A stretch of 64,000 bases of DNA from an uncultured Bacteroidales bacterium (GCA_964615585.1 CAZTNS010000002.1:625-64624); one strand, 5' to 3'; shown: positions 44,132 through 53,650, counted from the stretch's first letter. Notes: generated by a model not told the origin, from the sequence alone. Translations and numbers: made by a program.

Positions 44132-44778
44132 ATATGCATCAATTCCTCAAGACAAGATACAGAGGACCTTGGAAAAAATATAGTTCATGCTGCTTGTCTG
44201 GGAAATAAAGCCCTCTGTTCTGGATTGTTGGAAAAAGTATATGAGATTTGCTTGTGTCATGAACTTCGTAAAATGGGATTAATGATGATACGCCAAATGG
44301 ACATTCCAATAATTTATGATCAACTCCCTGCTCTGTAGCTTCTTTAATGATCTGAAGCTTCTGTTCTTTTGTAAACTTTCTTTTTTTCATGTCTGTTTGC
44401 ATAATTACTAATTTTTATTGATAATTATGTCAGACTTATTCGGGGGCTAATACATAATGAACAAAAGAGAAAAAGTTATAATTCATCATTCTATATTCTA
44501 TATTCTATTGTTCTAATGTTCGTTATTCATTTATAATTTAGAGGCGGGTATTCTCATCTAATTCATGATGGACTTACTTTTGAAGAGGGATTAAGATTAG
44601 ATGTGTTAGTAGAAGACAAAGTAATATGTGAAATAAAAGCAGTTGATGAGGTAAATCCGGTTTGAAAAGCACCGGTTTTGATTCACCTAAAACTAACAAA
44701 CAGACGACTTGGTTACTTAATTAACTTTAATGTTGCTAATAAATATTGGTCAAGGAATCAAACGCTTTATAAGGTAAT
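44132..44778 (+). pseudogene. GxxExxY-type (PD-(D/E)XK-like) small protein gene, decayed and interrupted
   Basis: The N-fragment (about 44132-44334) reads ...NIVHAACLGNKALCSGLLEKVYEICLCHELRKMGLMMIRQMDIPIIYDQLPAL*, with no ATG. The C-fragment (about 44561-44777) reads IHDGLTFEEGLRLDVLVEDKVICEIKAVDEVNPV*KAPVLIHLKLTNRRLGYLINFNV, with an in-frame TGA (44663-44665). A terminal frameshift restores ...GIKRFIR*. The fragments are separated by an IS-end fragment. Confidence 0.75.
44330..44447 (-). mobile_element. IS-end fragment with the 5' end of a transposase-like HTH ORF
   Basis: The minus strand reads GCCCCCGAATAAGTCTGACATAATTATCAATAAAAATTAGTAATT ATG CAA ACA GAC ATG AAA AAA AGA AAG TTT ACA AAA GAA CAG AAG CTT CAG ATC ATT AAA GAA GCT.... 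This encodes MQTDMKKRKFTKEQKLQIIKEATEQG, resembling IS3-type OrfA N-termini. The 87-aa track ORF 44139-44402 is a chimera of this with antisense GxxExxY sequence. Confidence 0.6.
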
Positions 44779-44885
44779 TTAGTGGAATTTTGTGCTTTTG
44801 TGGCAAAAATTAATATTCTGCCAAAAATTACACGAATATTATTGATAAGCGCCTAAAATCCTCAAACAATGTGTTGAGCGTTTCT

Positions 44886-44960
44886 AAATGCGATACGTTG
44901 CAATGTACTGCAATGTGCTGAACCTGACGAAGGATTCCCAGCCAGAGTGAGCTCGGTCGG
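44886..44960. repeat. phrase-like repeat related to the cargo of MITE 2
   Basis: AATGCGATACGTTGCAATGTACTG resembles the reverse complement of 19713-19735. GTGCTGAACCTGACGAAG (44915-44932) resembles GTGCTGAACCTGTCGAAG (19829-19846). CAGCCAGAGTGAGCTCGGTCGGAAC resembles the reverse complement of 19686-19708. Confidence 0.55.
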
Positions 44961-45046
44961 AACAAGGTTTGTCATTGAAACAAAAAAAAACTATTTTTGA
45001 ACATCGTTTTGGCGAAGTTTTTGTGTGGTATATTAAAAAGCAAATA

Positions 45047-45652
45047 ATGAGGCGTAGATTACATATATATGCATTGTTGATATTTGTTGGTATGACATTT
45101 GCCTCTCCGGTATTTTCACAACATTCACTGACATCAAATTCTATAGGTGTTCGTTTTCTTCCACAAGTTGGATTTAACCTGACCAAACTTACCGATGATC
45201 CGGTGAGCACATCAGAAAAGTTCAGGCTTGGTGTAGAAGGAGGCTTGTGGGTACAAACCAAGAATCCAATTTTTTTTCAACCCGGATTGTTTTATGGGCA
45301 GCAGAGACTGGATGAAATACATCTTGACGACCTGGAACAAAATTTACATTCAGACACGATATTGCACAAAGTGGATTACCGCTGTTTGAAGCTTCCTTTG
45401 ATGTTTGGCATTCAGGTTTTTGGAGCAAGGGCATACACTGGGCCAACATTTACCTACATCCTCAATATGGACGAAGCAAAACTAACGGAAAACCAATTCA
45501 AAGATTTGACCATGGGGCTGAATATTGGTGCCGGCCTAAATATTACCATGTTTAGCTTTGATGTTCGTTACGAATACGGCATTACGCATATCCTTCACGA
45601 AAATGTTGCCAAAGCCAACATTCTTACCATCAGTGCCGGTTTAAGGTTTTAA
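45047..45652 (+). CDS. outer-membrane beta-barrel (porin-family) protein
   Basis: The start is placed at MRRRLHIYALLIFVGMTFASPVFSQ (signal peptide). It has about 8-10 amphipathic strands and a C-terminal ...LTISAGLRF. Confidence 0.6.
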   Translation: MRRRLHIYALLIFVGMTFASPVFSQHSLTSNSIGVRFLPQVGFNLTKLTDDPVSTSEKFRLGVEGGLWVQTKNPIFFQPGLFYGQQRLDEIHLDDLEQNLHSDTILHKVDYRCLKLPLMFGIQVFGARAYTGPTFTYILNMDEAKLTENQFKDLTMGLNIGAGLNITMFSFDVRYEYGITHILHENVAKANILTISAGLRF

Positions 45653-47307
45653 AAATCTTTGACTACTGGCTGCTGCAACAGGTTTCTGGCGTGTTCAACG
45701 GCAGCATCGCTAAGGTTTTCACCGCTTGACATCCGTGCAATTTCCATCAGGCGTTGTTCCCCTGTAAGTTTTTTGATGGTGATTCCCTGCTTGTTTTTTT
45801 CTACATGAAACTGAACGCTACCAAGTGCAGCCACTTGGGCAAGGTGCGTTATGTTAATCACCTGGGCTTTGTTGGCAAGTTGCAACATCATATTGCCCAT
45901 TTTTCCGGCGATGTTCCCCGAAACACCGGAGTCTATTTCATCAAAAATAATGCTTGACATGCTTAATTTTTCTGCAATAATGGTTTTAAGGCACAGCATA
46001 AGCCTCGACATTTCACCTCCGGAGGCCACTTTTGCAATCGGGTGCGGGCTGATGTCCTTGTTGGCAGTAAAAAGAAAATCAACCATATCCAAACCATTGG
46101 CTGCCGGGGTTTCCCTTTCCTCCATCCTCACTTTGAATACAGCCTCATGCATACCAAGGTATGACAACATCCCGGTGAGTTTATTTTCAAAACCTTTCAC
46201 GGCATCCCTGCGTTTTTTCCGCAGTTTCACCCCCTTGCTGATCACCTCTTTATATAATTCTTCGGCATTTGTCCTGAGATCATCCATGCGGGAGCTATCG
46301 GTATCCATGGCCAGCAGTTTTTCACTGATTTCATCTCTGTACTGAATCAGTTCTTTCAGGCTGGTTTTCTGATGTTTCAGCAAGAGGTCATTTAACAGGT
46401 TAAGGCGTTCTTTAACCTGTGCCAGGCGATTTGGGTCATATTGAATTTCATCAGCATCCACTTCAAAACTTTCAGCAAGGTCATTGAGTTCGATGATCAC
46501 AGAATCAATGCGGTTGGTATATGCGGAAGCCGGATCATAATGAACTTTTATGTTGTCCAATGCATTTCTAACGCATTTTAGCATATCGAGGCAATTCTGT
46601 TCATCGTCCCTCATAGCGTTCAACGATTCCCTGAATGCAGCCTGTATATCTTCAGCATGGTCAAGCGCAGATTCTTCAGTTTCCAGGGTTTCAAGTTCTC
46701 CGGGTTCCAAACCGGCTTTTTCCATCTGATCAAATTGAAACTGCAGGTAATCTTTTTCCCTGACCGCTTCTTTGTATTTTTCAGTCAGGGTTTTCAGTTC
46801 AGAAGTTGTGGCTGTGTATTTATCAAAAACCTGATTATATGCATTCAATTCCTTGTGTGTACCTGCGAAAGAATCAAGCACTTCCAGCCGGAATCCTGCC
46901 CTGGTTATCAATAAAGACTGGTGTTGCGAATGAATATCAATGACACGGCCGGTCAATTGCTTTAAATGGTCCAGATTTACCGGTGTATCGTTGATGAAAG
47001 CCCTGGATTTTCCAAGACCTGAGATTTCCCTTCTAAGAATGGTTTCAGTATCAAAATCAAGGTCATACCGTTCGAAAAAGGGTTTCATATTTTCATTGAT
47101 GGCAATGCCTGCCTCGATAACAGATTTTAAACTTTTATCCAGCAAGGCCGATGTATCCGCCCTCTTCCCTGTGAGCATTGACACAGCACCAAGTAAGATG
47201 GATTTTCCTGCACCTGTTTCACCTGTAATGGTAATGAATCCATCAGGAATCTCAATATCCAGATTTTCGATGAGCAGGTAATTTTTGATTTTCAACCATT
47301 TCAGCAT
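45649..47307 (-). CDS. recN: DNA repair protein RecN
   Basis: 552 aa. It has an N-terminal Walker A (GETGAGKSILLGA), a long coiled coil and a C-terminal signature/Walker B region (ASGGEMSRLMLCLK...IIFDEIDSGVSG). Confidence 0.95.
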   Translation of the reverse strand: MLKWLKIKNYLLIENLDIEIPDGFITITGETGAGKSILLGAVSMLTGKRADTSALLDKSLKSVIEAGIAINENMKPFFERYDLDFDTETILRREISGLGKSRAFINDTPVNLDHLKQLTGRVIDIHSQHQSLLITRAGFRLEVLDSFAGTHKELNAYNQVFDKYTATTSELKTLTEKYKEAVREKDYLQFQFDQMEKAGLEPGELETLETEESALDHAEDIQAAFRESLNAMRDDEQNCLDMLKCVRNALDNIKVHYDPASAYTNRIDSVIIELNDLAESFEVDADEIQYDPNRLAQVKERLNLLNDLLLKHQKTSLKELIQYRDEISEKLLAMDTDSSRMDDLRTNAEELYKEVISKGVKLRKKRRDAVKGFENKLTGMLSYLGMHEAVFKVRMEERETPAANGLDMVDFLFTANKDISPHPIAKVASGGEMSRLMLCLKTIIAEKLSMSSIIFDEIDSGVSGNIAGKMGNMMLQLANKAQVINITHLAQVAALGSVQFHVEKNKQGITIKKLTGEQRLMEIARMSSGENLSDAAVEHARNLLQQPVVKDF

Positions 47308-47310
47308 GGC

Positions 47311-48219
47311 TTATTCTTCCTTAAGGATTTTTTGATACTTGGATGCGTTTGCAGGGTCTATTTCTTCCATCACCCTTACTACCCTGTTTTTCTGATCGGG
47401 AAAACCTTCTGAGAAAATATTGACGATCTCTTCACTTTTGGCATCCACAAAAACTGACATCAGAAAAGACCCGGGACGTTTGTTATGTACATCTTTGAGT
47501 TCCATAATAGCATCCTCCACCCTTGTTCTGCCTTCAACAGGCTTATCATGCATTCTGTCAAGCCCCTGGCGGTGATAAATATACATTGCTTCGCGTAAAG
47601 GTGTATATGTATCGTGAAGCAGATCATGCACAAGCCAGTAACGATTTTTAGTGCTCTCATAGGCCTTCCACCCTACTTCCTGTGCAGTTTGTGCATTTTG
47701 TACAATTTGCTCGGCTTTTTGAAAAAACGGGGTTCCTGCCTGCATTCCAAATGTATCATAATCCATGCCGATAATGATGTATGCATAAAAGGCCAAAATT
47801 GAAGTAAAATTGGATTGATGTGAACTCAGGCTAAATTCAAGAGGTTCAAATTCAACATATTGGATTCGTAAATCTTTATCCAGGTGCTTAAACACCGGGC
47901 TATTATATGAGCTATTATAAGCAATTCGTGATGATTGCACCTGAATAGAGCCTTTATATTCATCTGCAGAGACTTTTTCTTTCAATTCAATCCTGATGTT
48001 ACATTCAATGCGTTCATCCTTTTTGACAACATGATTGGTCCATATTGTATTGTTCATAAATTCATAGACAGCGGACTGCATTTCCTGGTACTTTTGCCTG
48101 TTGGATGTTTCCTGTATCTTTGAATAAGAAATCTGTATCCGGCAATCCAACTCCTGTGCCATGAGGCTGAATCCAGTAAAACAAGAAACAATCAATATTA
48201 TAATGCCTTTTTTAACCAT
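47311..48219 (-). CDS. conserved Bacteroidota protein of the DUF4835 type
   Basis: 302 aa with a signal peptide. It occupies the position between coaBC and recN that I recall as conserved in Bacteroidota. The family name is from memory of the sequence style (ELDCRIQISYSKIQ...) and is not verified. Confidence 0.5.
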   Translation of the reverse strand: MVKKGIIILIVSCFTGFSLMAQELDCRIQISYSKIQETSNRQKYQEMQSAVYEFMNNTIWTNHVVKKDERIECNIRIELKEKVSADEYKGSIQVQSSRIAYNSSYNSPVFKHLDKDLRIQYVEFEPLEFSLSSHQSNFTSILAFYAYIIIGMDYDTFGMQAGTPFFQKAEQIVQNAQTAQEVGWKAYESTKNRYWLVHDLLHDTYTPLREAMYIYHRQGLDRMHDKPVEGRTRVEDAIMELKDVHNKRPGSFLMSVFVDAKSEEIVNIFSEGFPDQKNRVVRVMEEIDPANASKYQKILKEE

Positions 48220-48228
48220 ATATAAAAA

Positions 48229-49431
48229 CTAAGAGACTTTAAGAACACTCATCATGGCATTAACGATATCCTTAGCCACATCATGTTTATTTTTGAGTTT
48301 AAATGTATCAATTTTTCCGGATTTATTTACAATGCTGATCTTATTTGTATCAACATCAAAACCTGCACCTTTGTCTTTCAACGAGTTAAGGACAATAAAA
48401 TCAAGGTTTTTTTGTTTCAGTTTCTTTTTTGCATTTGCAATTTCATCATCGGTTTCAAGTGCAAAACCCACCAGCAATTGATTGTCTGTTTTAATTTCAC
48501 CAAGTTTAGCAGCAATATCTTTGGTTGGAGCCAATTCAAGGTGCAGTTTGCTCCCCTGTCGCTTAATTTTATTCTTCCCTGGAGTTGCAGGAGCATAATC
48601 TGCTACTGCAGCAGCCATTACAGCGCCGTCGGCATCAGGGTAATGCTTGATGCAGGTGTTGTACATTTTTTCGGCAGAGGTAATGTCAATGCGATTGATG
48701 TTTTTGTGTTGTGCAATCAGGGCAGTTGGCCCGGTAATAAGGATAACCTTTGCACCATTTTCTGCCAGTTGTTCAGCAATGGCAAAGCCCATTTTACCAC
48801 TTGAATAGTTGCCAATATACCTGACAGGGTCAATTTTTTCATAGGTAGGGCCTGCGGTTACAATGAAGGTTTTACCTTTCAGTTTTTTTTTAAAATGGGT
48901 GATCAGTGCTTTGACAATATCCGCAGGATCCGCAAGCCTTCCTTTTCCGGCAAGGCCACTGGCCAATTCGCCGGTACCCGGTTCAATAAAAAGGCATTTA
49001 TTGCTTAAAAGGCGGTTGATGTTTTTTTTATTGGCAGGGTGTTGAAACATATCCACATCCATAGCCGGAGCAATAAAAACGGGGCATTTAGCAGCAAAAT
49101 AAATGGTTGTAAGTAAGTTATCAGCGACACCATGAGCCATTTTCCCAATGGTATTCAGTGATGCAGGAGCCACTACAAAGGCATCAGCCCACGATCCCAG
49201 GTCAACATGGTTCGTCCATTCCCCGGATTGAGGGTCATGGGTTTGTTCAAGCACCGGATGTCCGGATAACGTGGACATGGTGAGTGGTGTGATGAACTCT
49301 TTGGCCATCTTGGTCATAACAACCTGTACATCGGCTCCTTCTTTCACAAAAAGGCGACATAAATAAGCGGCTTTATAGGCTGAAATGCTCCCGGTGATAC
49401 CCAACAATATTTTTTTATGCTTCAGACTCAT
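48229..49431 (-). CDS. coaBC: bifunctional phosphopantothenoylcysteine decarboxylase / phosphopantothenate-cysteine ligase
   Basis: The start is placed at MSLKHKKILLGITGSISAYKA (ATG 49429-49431), a flavoprotein N-domain. The C-terminal CoaB domain has ITAGPTYEKIDPVRYIGNYSSGKMG. The track's 52-aa N-extension overlaps rpoZ and is non-homologous. Confidence 0.93.
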   Translation of the reverse strand: MSLKHKKILLGITGSISAYKAAYLCRLFVKEGADVQVVMTKMAKEFITPLTMSTLSGHPVLEQTHDPQSGEWTNHVDLGSWADAFVVAPASLNTIGKMAHGVADNLLTTIYFAAKCPVFIAPAMDVDMFQHPANKKNINRLLSNKCLFIEPGTGELASGLAGKGRLADPADIVKALITHFKKKLKGKTFIVTAGPTYEKIDPVRYIGNYSSGKMGFAIAEQLAENGAKVILITGPTALIAQHKNINRIDITSAEKMYNTCIKHYPDADGAVMAAAVADYAPATPGKNKIKRQGSKLHLELAPTKDIAAKLGEIKTDNQLLVGFALETDDEIANAKKKLKQKNLDFIVLNSLKDKGAGFDVDTNKISIVNKSGKIDTFKLKNKHDVAKDIVNAMMSVLKVS

Positions 49432-49753
49432 CCAGCTCTTCTTCAGGATTTCTGAAATACAATTCACCACTGAGGTATTCTTCAATGGCAATGGCAGTAG
49501 GTTTCGGCAGTCTTTCGTAATAACGGCTAATCTCAATTTGTTCACGGTTATCAAAAACCTCTTCCAGATTATCCGTATAACTTGCAAATTCTTCCAGTTT
49601 CTGGCTCAGTTCCTGTTTGATATCAACACTGATCTGATTTGCTCGTTTGGCACAAACAACAACAGCCTGATAAATATTTTCCGCCCCATCGGACACTTTG
49701 CGGATATCAAGTGTTTTTACATTTGGCTGAGCAGTTGATTTTTTAAAATCCAT
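49415..49753 (-). CDS. rpoZ: DNA-directed RNA polymerase subunit omega
   Basis: 112 aa. The omega core is NIYQAVVVCAKRANQI, with an acidic C-terminal extension typical of Bacteroidota rpoZ. It sits between bamD and coaBC. Confidence 0.8.
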   Translation of the reverse strand: MDFKKSTAQPNVKTLDIRKVSDGAENIYQAVVVCAKRANQISVDIKQELSQKLEEFASYTDNLEEVFDNREQIEISRYYERLPKPTAIAIEEYLSGELYFRNPEEELDESEA

Positions 49754-49757
49754 AATT

Positions 49758-50588
49758 TCAGTTAATTAATTTTACTTTTTCTTTTACCTTTTCTTTTATT
49801 TTATTCGCTTCATCAATGTATTCTGTATCGTGATAATTATCAATCAATTTATGGTAAGCTGTAAGTGTTTCTTCAAACCTTTCTGCCTGTTTTTTCCGCA
49901 CACTTCCATCAGCATACAAATACCATGATTTTAACATATAAAATCTTGCATCCTCATTATAAGGTGAACCGGGATAATTATCAATGCTGTTTTGCAAAGC
50001 CGTGATAGCAGCTTTATAATCCTTTATTTTATAGTATAGATAAGCGTTGTTGTAGGATTTTGTTTCCAGTTTATGATGTAATTTATCAACCAGGGTATTG
50101 ACAGTATCCTTATACTCTGTCTTCGGATATTTATTCAGAAAAGCCTGAAAAGCATCGATGCCCCGTTTTGTAAAGGCTTGGTCAAGTGAAGGATCAGGCG
50201 AAAGGTCATAAAAGCACAATGCCGTTCTGAATTCAGCGTCCTGTGTGAATTCACTGTTGGGATAGGTTTTCGCAAACTGTCTGAAATGATAGGCAGCCAG
50301 TGCAAGCTCTCCCTCCATATACAGGCAATATGCATAGTGATAGTAAATTTTCTCAGCCCGTTCTGTTCCCTTGTAAATGTTTTTCAATTCATTGAACAGG
50401 TTCTTAGCCTTGTAATAATCCTCGTCTTCATAATATTCAACAGCTTTTTCATATTTAAGCTCATAGTTTTCGCTTTTAAGCAATTTCTGATACTCGCTGC
50501 AAGACATTAAAAGAAATACAAGAGTTGCTGAAAATAATATGGCCGGTCTTCTTAAAATCATGTTGCAAAGATAATTGTTTATCGTCAA
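49758..50588 (-). CDS. bamD: outer membrane protein assembly factor BamD
   Basis: A lipoprotein signal (LVFLLMSCSEYQ) is followed by TPR-like repeats (YELKYEKAVEYYEDEDYYKA...). The track start is a TTG. The ATG at 50559-50561 (MILRRPAILF) is the more likely start. Confidence 0.85.
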   Translation of the reverse strand: MTINNYLCNMILRRPAILFSATLVFLLMSCSEYQKLLKSENYELKYEKAVEYYEDEDYYKAKNLFNELKNIYKGTERAEKIYYHYAYCLYMEGELALAAYHFRQFAKTYPNSEFTQDAEFRTALCFYDLSPDPSLDQAFTKRGIDAFQAFLNKYPKTEYKDTVNTLVDKLHHKLETKSYNNAYLYYKIKDYKAAITALQNSIDNYPGSPYNEDARFYMLKSWYLYADGSVRKKQAERFEETLTAYHKLIDNYHDTEYIDEANKIKEKVKEKVKLIN

Positions 50589-50640
50589 GAATAAAACAAT
50601 AATTATTGTGATTTATTGCATGCTTTACGGGGACTTTTAT

Positions 50641-52254
50641 TCATTTTTCTATTTTCAATATTTTTTCTTCAAAGCAAGGTTTGTGGCCATGTTTTATTTG
50701 CAGATAATACACACCTGATTTAAGCCCATTGAGTTGAATTTCTGTTTTAGTTTGCCCTGCAGTTATGTTCTGCTTGTGCACAGCATTTCCTTTAACATCA
50801 AACAATGTCAAATGTGCAGGTTTATTCAGAAATTTGTCGTTGAGTTCAAGAAAAATGTGATCATGACAAGGATTCGGATAGGTTTTAAACCCATTGTTAA
50901 TGTTATTAGCAGCCTCAATATGAACCAACACATCATCAAGCTGTGGGGTATATACGTCAAAATTGGTTCTGTCGGCAAGTTCACAAGCTCCTGCAGGCAC
51001 ATTTACCGCCCTGCCCAGCAAATCATGTGTATCACCAGGTTCAAAACAATCCCTTATTGTCATGTGGTTAAATACAGCGTAGGCATCGTTGTCTTTGGCG
51101 GAACTTTCATGATACCCAAGGACATAGCGGATGTAGGAGCTATCAGGGTTTAATCGTAAGAATTTTGCATTGGCCTGTCCGAATGCCCTGTATTGGAATA
51201 AAACATGCGGGTGGTCGGGAGCGGTTTGCACATGATCGGTTTCAGAAGCGTTGACCATAAATAACAAATCAGTCAATTTTGAAACCAGGCTGTCTATCCA
51301 GCCCCCCGTATTTCTGTAATGCCAAAAATCAGCAGTTTCACTGACAGAAATGATATGCGACGGTGGATTTTGGGGGAAAAGGTTTTCTTCATCTGCTTTG
51401 GTCATCAAGCGGTTGGAATAATAGGCTTTGTATCCTTCACCTAAATCAAAAACCAATGGATAAGCAATGAAATCCTGCCCGGGATCAACGCTGTTATCCA
51501 TATTAAAATCAAAATACAAACCACCGTACACAGTGTCATTGATGTTGTCAACAATGGGGATGGCAATGCTGTCATCCCAGTTTAAAGTTTCCATGTTCCA
51601 GTTGCCGTTATCCGGGTTATAGGCAGGGTTTATCAGGGGATTAAAAGGCCTTAGCGGCGAAGGGCGGGCGCCGGCTTCGGCAGTGGGCATGCCATCACCA
51701 ACGGGAGATTCCCAATTGAGGATCCAGGCAAGTTCAGGAAAATCCTGCCCAAACACACCTGCCACATTGATGTTCGTTACTCCCCCATACGAATAAGCAA
51801 TCAACCCTGTGTTGTTTTTATCCGGCACAAATGATTCAATGTAATCCGAAAGTTTATTTCCACTTGTGTCCGGCGTATGATCCAATGCAAAACGAATGAC
51901 ATCTTTGAGCGCCAGCAAGCTGTTATAGCCTCTGATGTCGTATATGCCACCGCTGTGGTATTCTCCTGTTATGCAACCGGGAAAATTATACCTGATCTCA
52001 ATGAATCCGTAATCATACATGCCTGGTGTGCCCTTGCCAAGTCCCTCGCCGTGAAATCCTCCCTGCGTCATAATTGCCACGGGAGCGGTATCCGTATAGC
52101 GGGCATATTCAGGAACATCAATGCGCACGGCTATTCCTGTTTCGCCGGCGGCATCGGACGGGATGTTTGTAAATACAGAGTCGGCCTGCCCGTTAACAAA
52201 GGAATGGGTTAACATTAAGATTAAAGCACACCAGAACTTGCTTATGAAATGCAT
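50641..52254 (-). CDS. secreted protein with T9SS type-A C-terminal sorting domain (enzyme-like N-domain, unassigned)
   Basis: 537 aa with a signal peptide. The C-terminal approx 80 aa (FKTYPNPCHDHIFLELN...GVYYLQIKHGHKPCFEEKILKIEK) fit the T9SS CTD pattern. Confidence 0.6.
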   Translation of the reverse strand: MHFISKFWCALILMLTHSFVNGQADSVFTNIPSDAAGETGIAVRIDVPEYARYTDTAPVAIMTQGGFHGEGLGKGTPGMYDYGFIEIRYNFPGCITGEYHSGGIYDIRGYNSLLALKDVIRFALDHTPDTSGNKLSDYIESFVPDKNNTGLIAYSYGGVTNINVAGVFGQDFPELAWILNWESPVGDGMPTAEAGARPSPLRPFNPLINPAYNPDNGNWNMETLNWDDSIAIPIVDNINDTVYGGLYFDFNMDNSVDPGQDFIAYPLVFDLGEGYKAYYSNRLMTKADEENLFPQNPPSHIISVSETADFWHYRNTGGWIDSLVSKLTDLLFMVNASETDHVQTAPDHPHVLFQYRAFGQANAKFLRLNPDSSYIRYVLGYHESSAKDNDAYAVFNHMTIRDCFEPGDTHDLLGRAVNVPAGACELADRTNFDVYTPQLDDVLVHIEAANNINNGFKTYPNPCHDHIFLELNDKFLNKPAHLTLFDVKGNAVHKQNITAGQTKTEIQLNGLKSGVYYLQIKHGHKPCFEEKILKIEK

Positions 52255-52289
52255 AAGGGCATGCTTTTATTGGTTTTTATTGATTCTGA

Positions 52290-53138
52290 TTACATGATCT
52301 CTCTTTTCATGGTTGACAAATCTTCCAAATCAAAGCTAACCAGGGATAGTTCGGGTCTGTGATAAGCAGCAGAGCAAGCACAGGTGTTTCCGATTTTTTG
52401 TTTCCAGTGCCCTGTGATGGATGATGATTCGTGTATATGGCCATGCATTGTCAGGTATGGTTGCCTTTCTTCAATAAACCGTTGAATGGCAATGCTTCCC
52501 ACATGGACGTCCAGGGGCACGTGATCAATCATTTTACCGTCAAGGGCAGCTCTGTCGAGATTTGTTTTATACGGAGGCGAATGAAACAGGAATACCGCCT
52601 TTTCCATGTTTTCGTTTTCGGTCATCTTTTTTAAATCTTTACTGATGTTGGTAAAGCTGATATCTTCAAAAGGTTCAACAGAACGAGCCCCCTCCACAGG
52701 ATGCACACAGCCGGGGTCAACAAAAACAGAGACATCGTATTTTTCCCAGTCTTTCAGCATGAAAGGTGTGGGTGGGATATATGAATATCCAAAAATATTG
52801 TATCCGGCAAATTTTGTTTTTCTAAAATGTATGTATTCCCACAAGCCTTTTTCTTCCAGTTTTTTTAATTTAGGTTCTTCTATCCTGGGGTCATCGTTTC
52901 CCATAATGACAAAGATACGGGGATAGTTGTTTTTGAGCTTAAATTTAAGATTTTCAAGCCTGCTGCACAAAAAAACTTCAATGAAATCACCATCGTATAT
53001 TTCATTGATATTCAAGCCGGGCAATATATCGCCGCCAATAAAGACCACCTGTGGCTTTTGTTTTTCGATGGCGTCGAATAACTTTTCATACCGAGAAACG
53101 TGGCCGTGTAAATCGGCTACAAAAAAGCAGCGTATCAT
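52290..53138 (-). CDS. metallophosphoesterase (calcineurin-like)
   Basis: Motifs occur in canonical order: DLHG (FFVADLHGH), GDIL (FIGGDILP), GNDD (VIMGNDDP), FHSPP, GHIHE. Confidence 0.8.
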   Translation of the reverse strand: MIRCFFVADLHGHVSRYEKLFDAIEKQKPQVVFIGGDILPGLNINEIYDGDFIEVFLCSRLENLKFKLKNNYPRIFVIMGNDDPRIEEPKLKKLEEKGLWEYIHFRKTKFAGYNIFGYSYIPPTPFMLKDWEKYDVSVFVDPGCVHPVEGARSVEPFEDISFTNISKDLKKMTENENMEKAVFLFHSPPYKTNLDRAALDGKMIDHVPLDVHVGSIAIQRFIEERQPYLTMHGHIHESSSITGHWKQKIGNTCACSAAYHRPELSLVSFDLEDLSTMKREIM

Positions 53139-53139
53139 A

Positions 53140-53538
53140 TCATTTATGTTTAATCAGCCTGGCACTGTTATTAAGGGACCCTATCATAACAGCGTAACTG
53201 GTTTTCTTTTCAATGTCTTCATCTGTGATGATGTGAATGTCAAAAAGCACATCCGGACGCTTGTTTTTTCCCTGGTTATACATCGCAGCTAATCCATAAT
53301 TCCATCCTTCAATCCAGGCAATTAATTCCCTTTTCTGCGCTTCGTTTCCTTTGAAATGAAACATGATATCTATATCGCTTTCGGGGCCGGCTGTAAAATT
53401 TTTTGTGCTGCCAATGAGATACATGGCTTCAACCCCAAACCTGTCAAAATCTAATTTTTCTGCAAGCAATTGTACCATTTCATAGCGCCACTTCGAATGG
53501 ACATCGCTCTGTGGATTGTTGACTTCGTTGGTCATCAT
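53140..53538 (-). CDS. small Pol-beta-superfamily nucleotidyltransferase domain protein
   Basis: 132 aa. LIGSTKNFTAGPESDIDIMFHF matches the G-S-x(n)-D-x-D minimal NTase signature. Its stop is 1 nt from the metallophosphoesterase ATG. Confidence 0.65.
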   Translation of the reverse strand: MMTNEVNNPQSDVHSKWRYEMVQLLAEKLDFDRFGVEAMYLIGSTKNFTAGPESDIDIMFHFKGNEAQKRELIAWIEGWNYGLAAMYNQGKNKRPDVLFDIHIITDEDIEKKTSYAVMIGSLNNSARLIKHK

Positions 53539-53650
53539 ACAAAAGGCTTAATTTGAACTGTAAACTATAAACAAATGTAAGTTGATTTTTCAACAAATCA
53601 CAATTCTGAATGAAGTTTTTAAAGTGTAGAACCCCGAATGTTCTCTTTGC

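Noticed and set aside
44139-44402. An 87-aa minus-strand ORF that might be called a small transposase.
   Set aside because: Only the first approx 27 codons are transposase-like. The remainder is antisense to the GxxExxY pseudogene N-fragment, so it is a chimeric artefact.
53618-53630. AAAGTGTAGAACC as a candidate partner end for the solo TIR at 54524.
   Set aside because: Only about 10/15 terminal positions match. The orientation would place the ICMT-like gene outside rather than inside an element, and there is no TSD.
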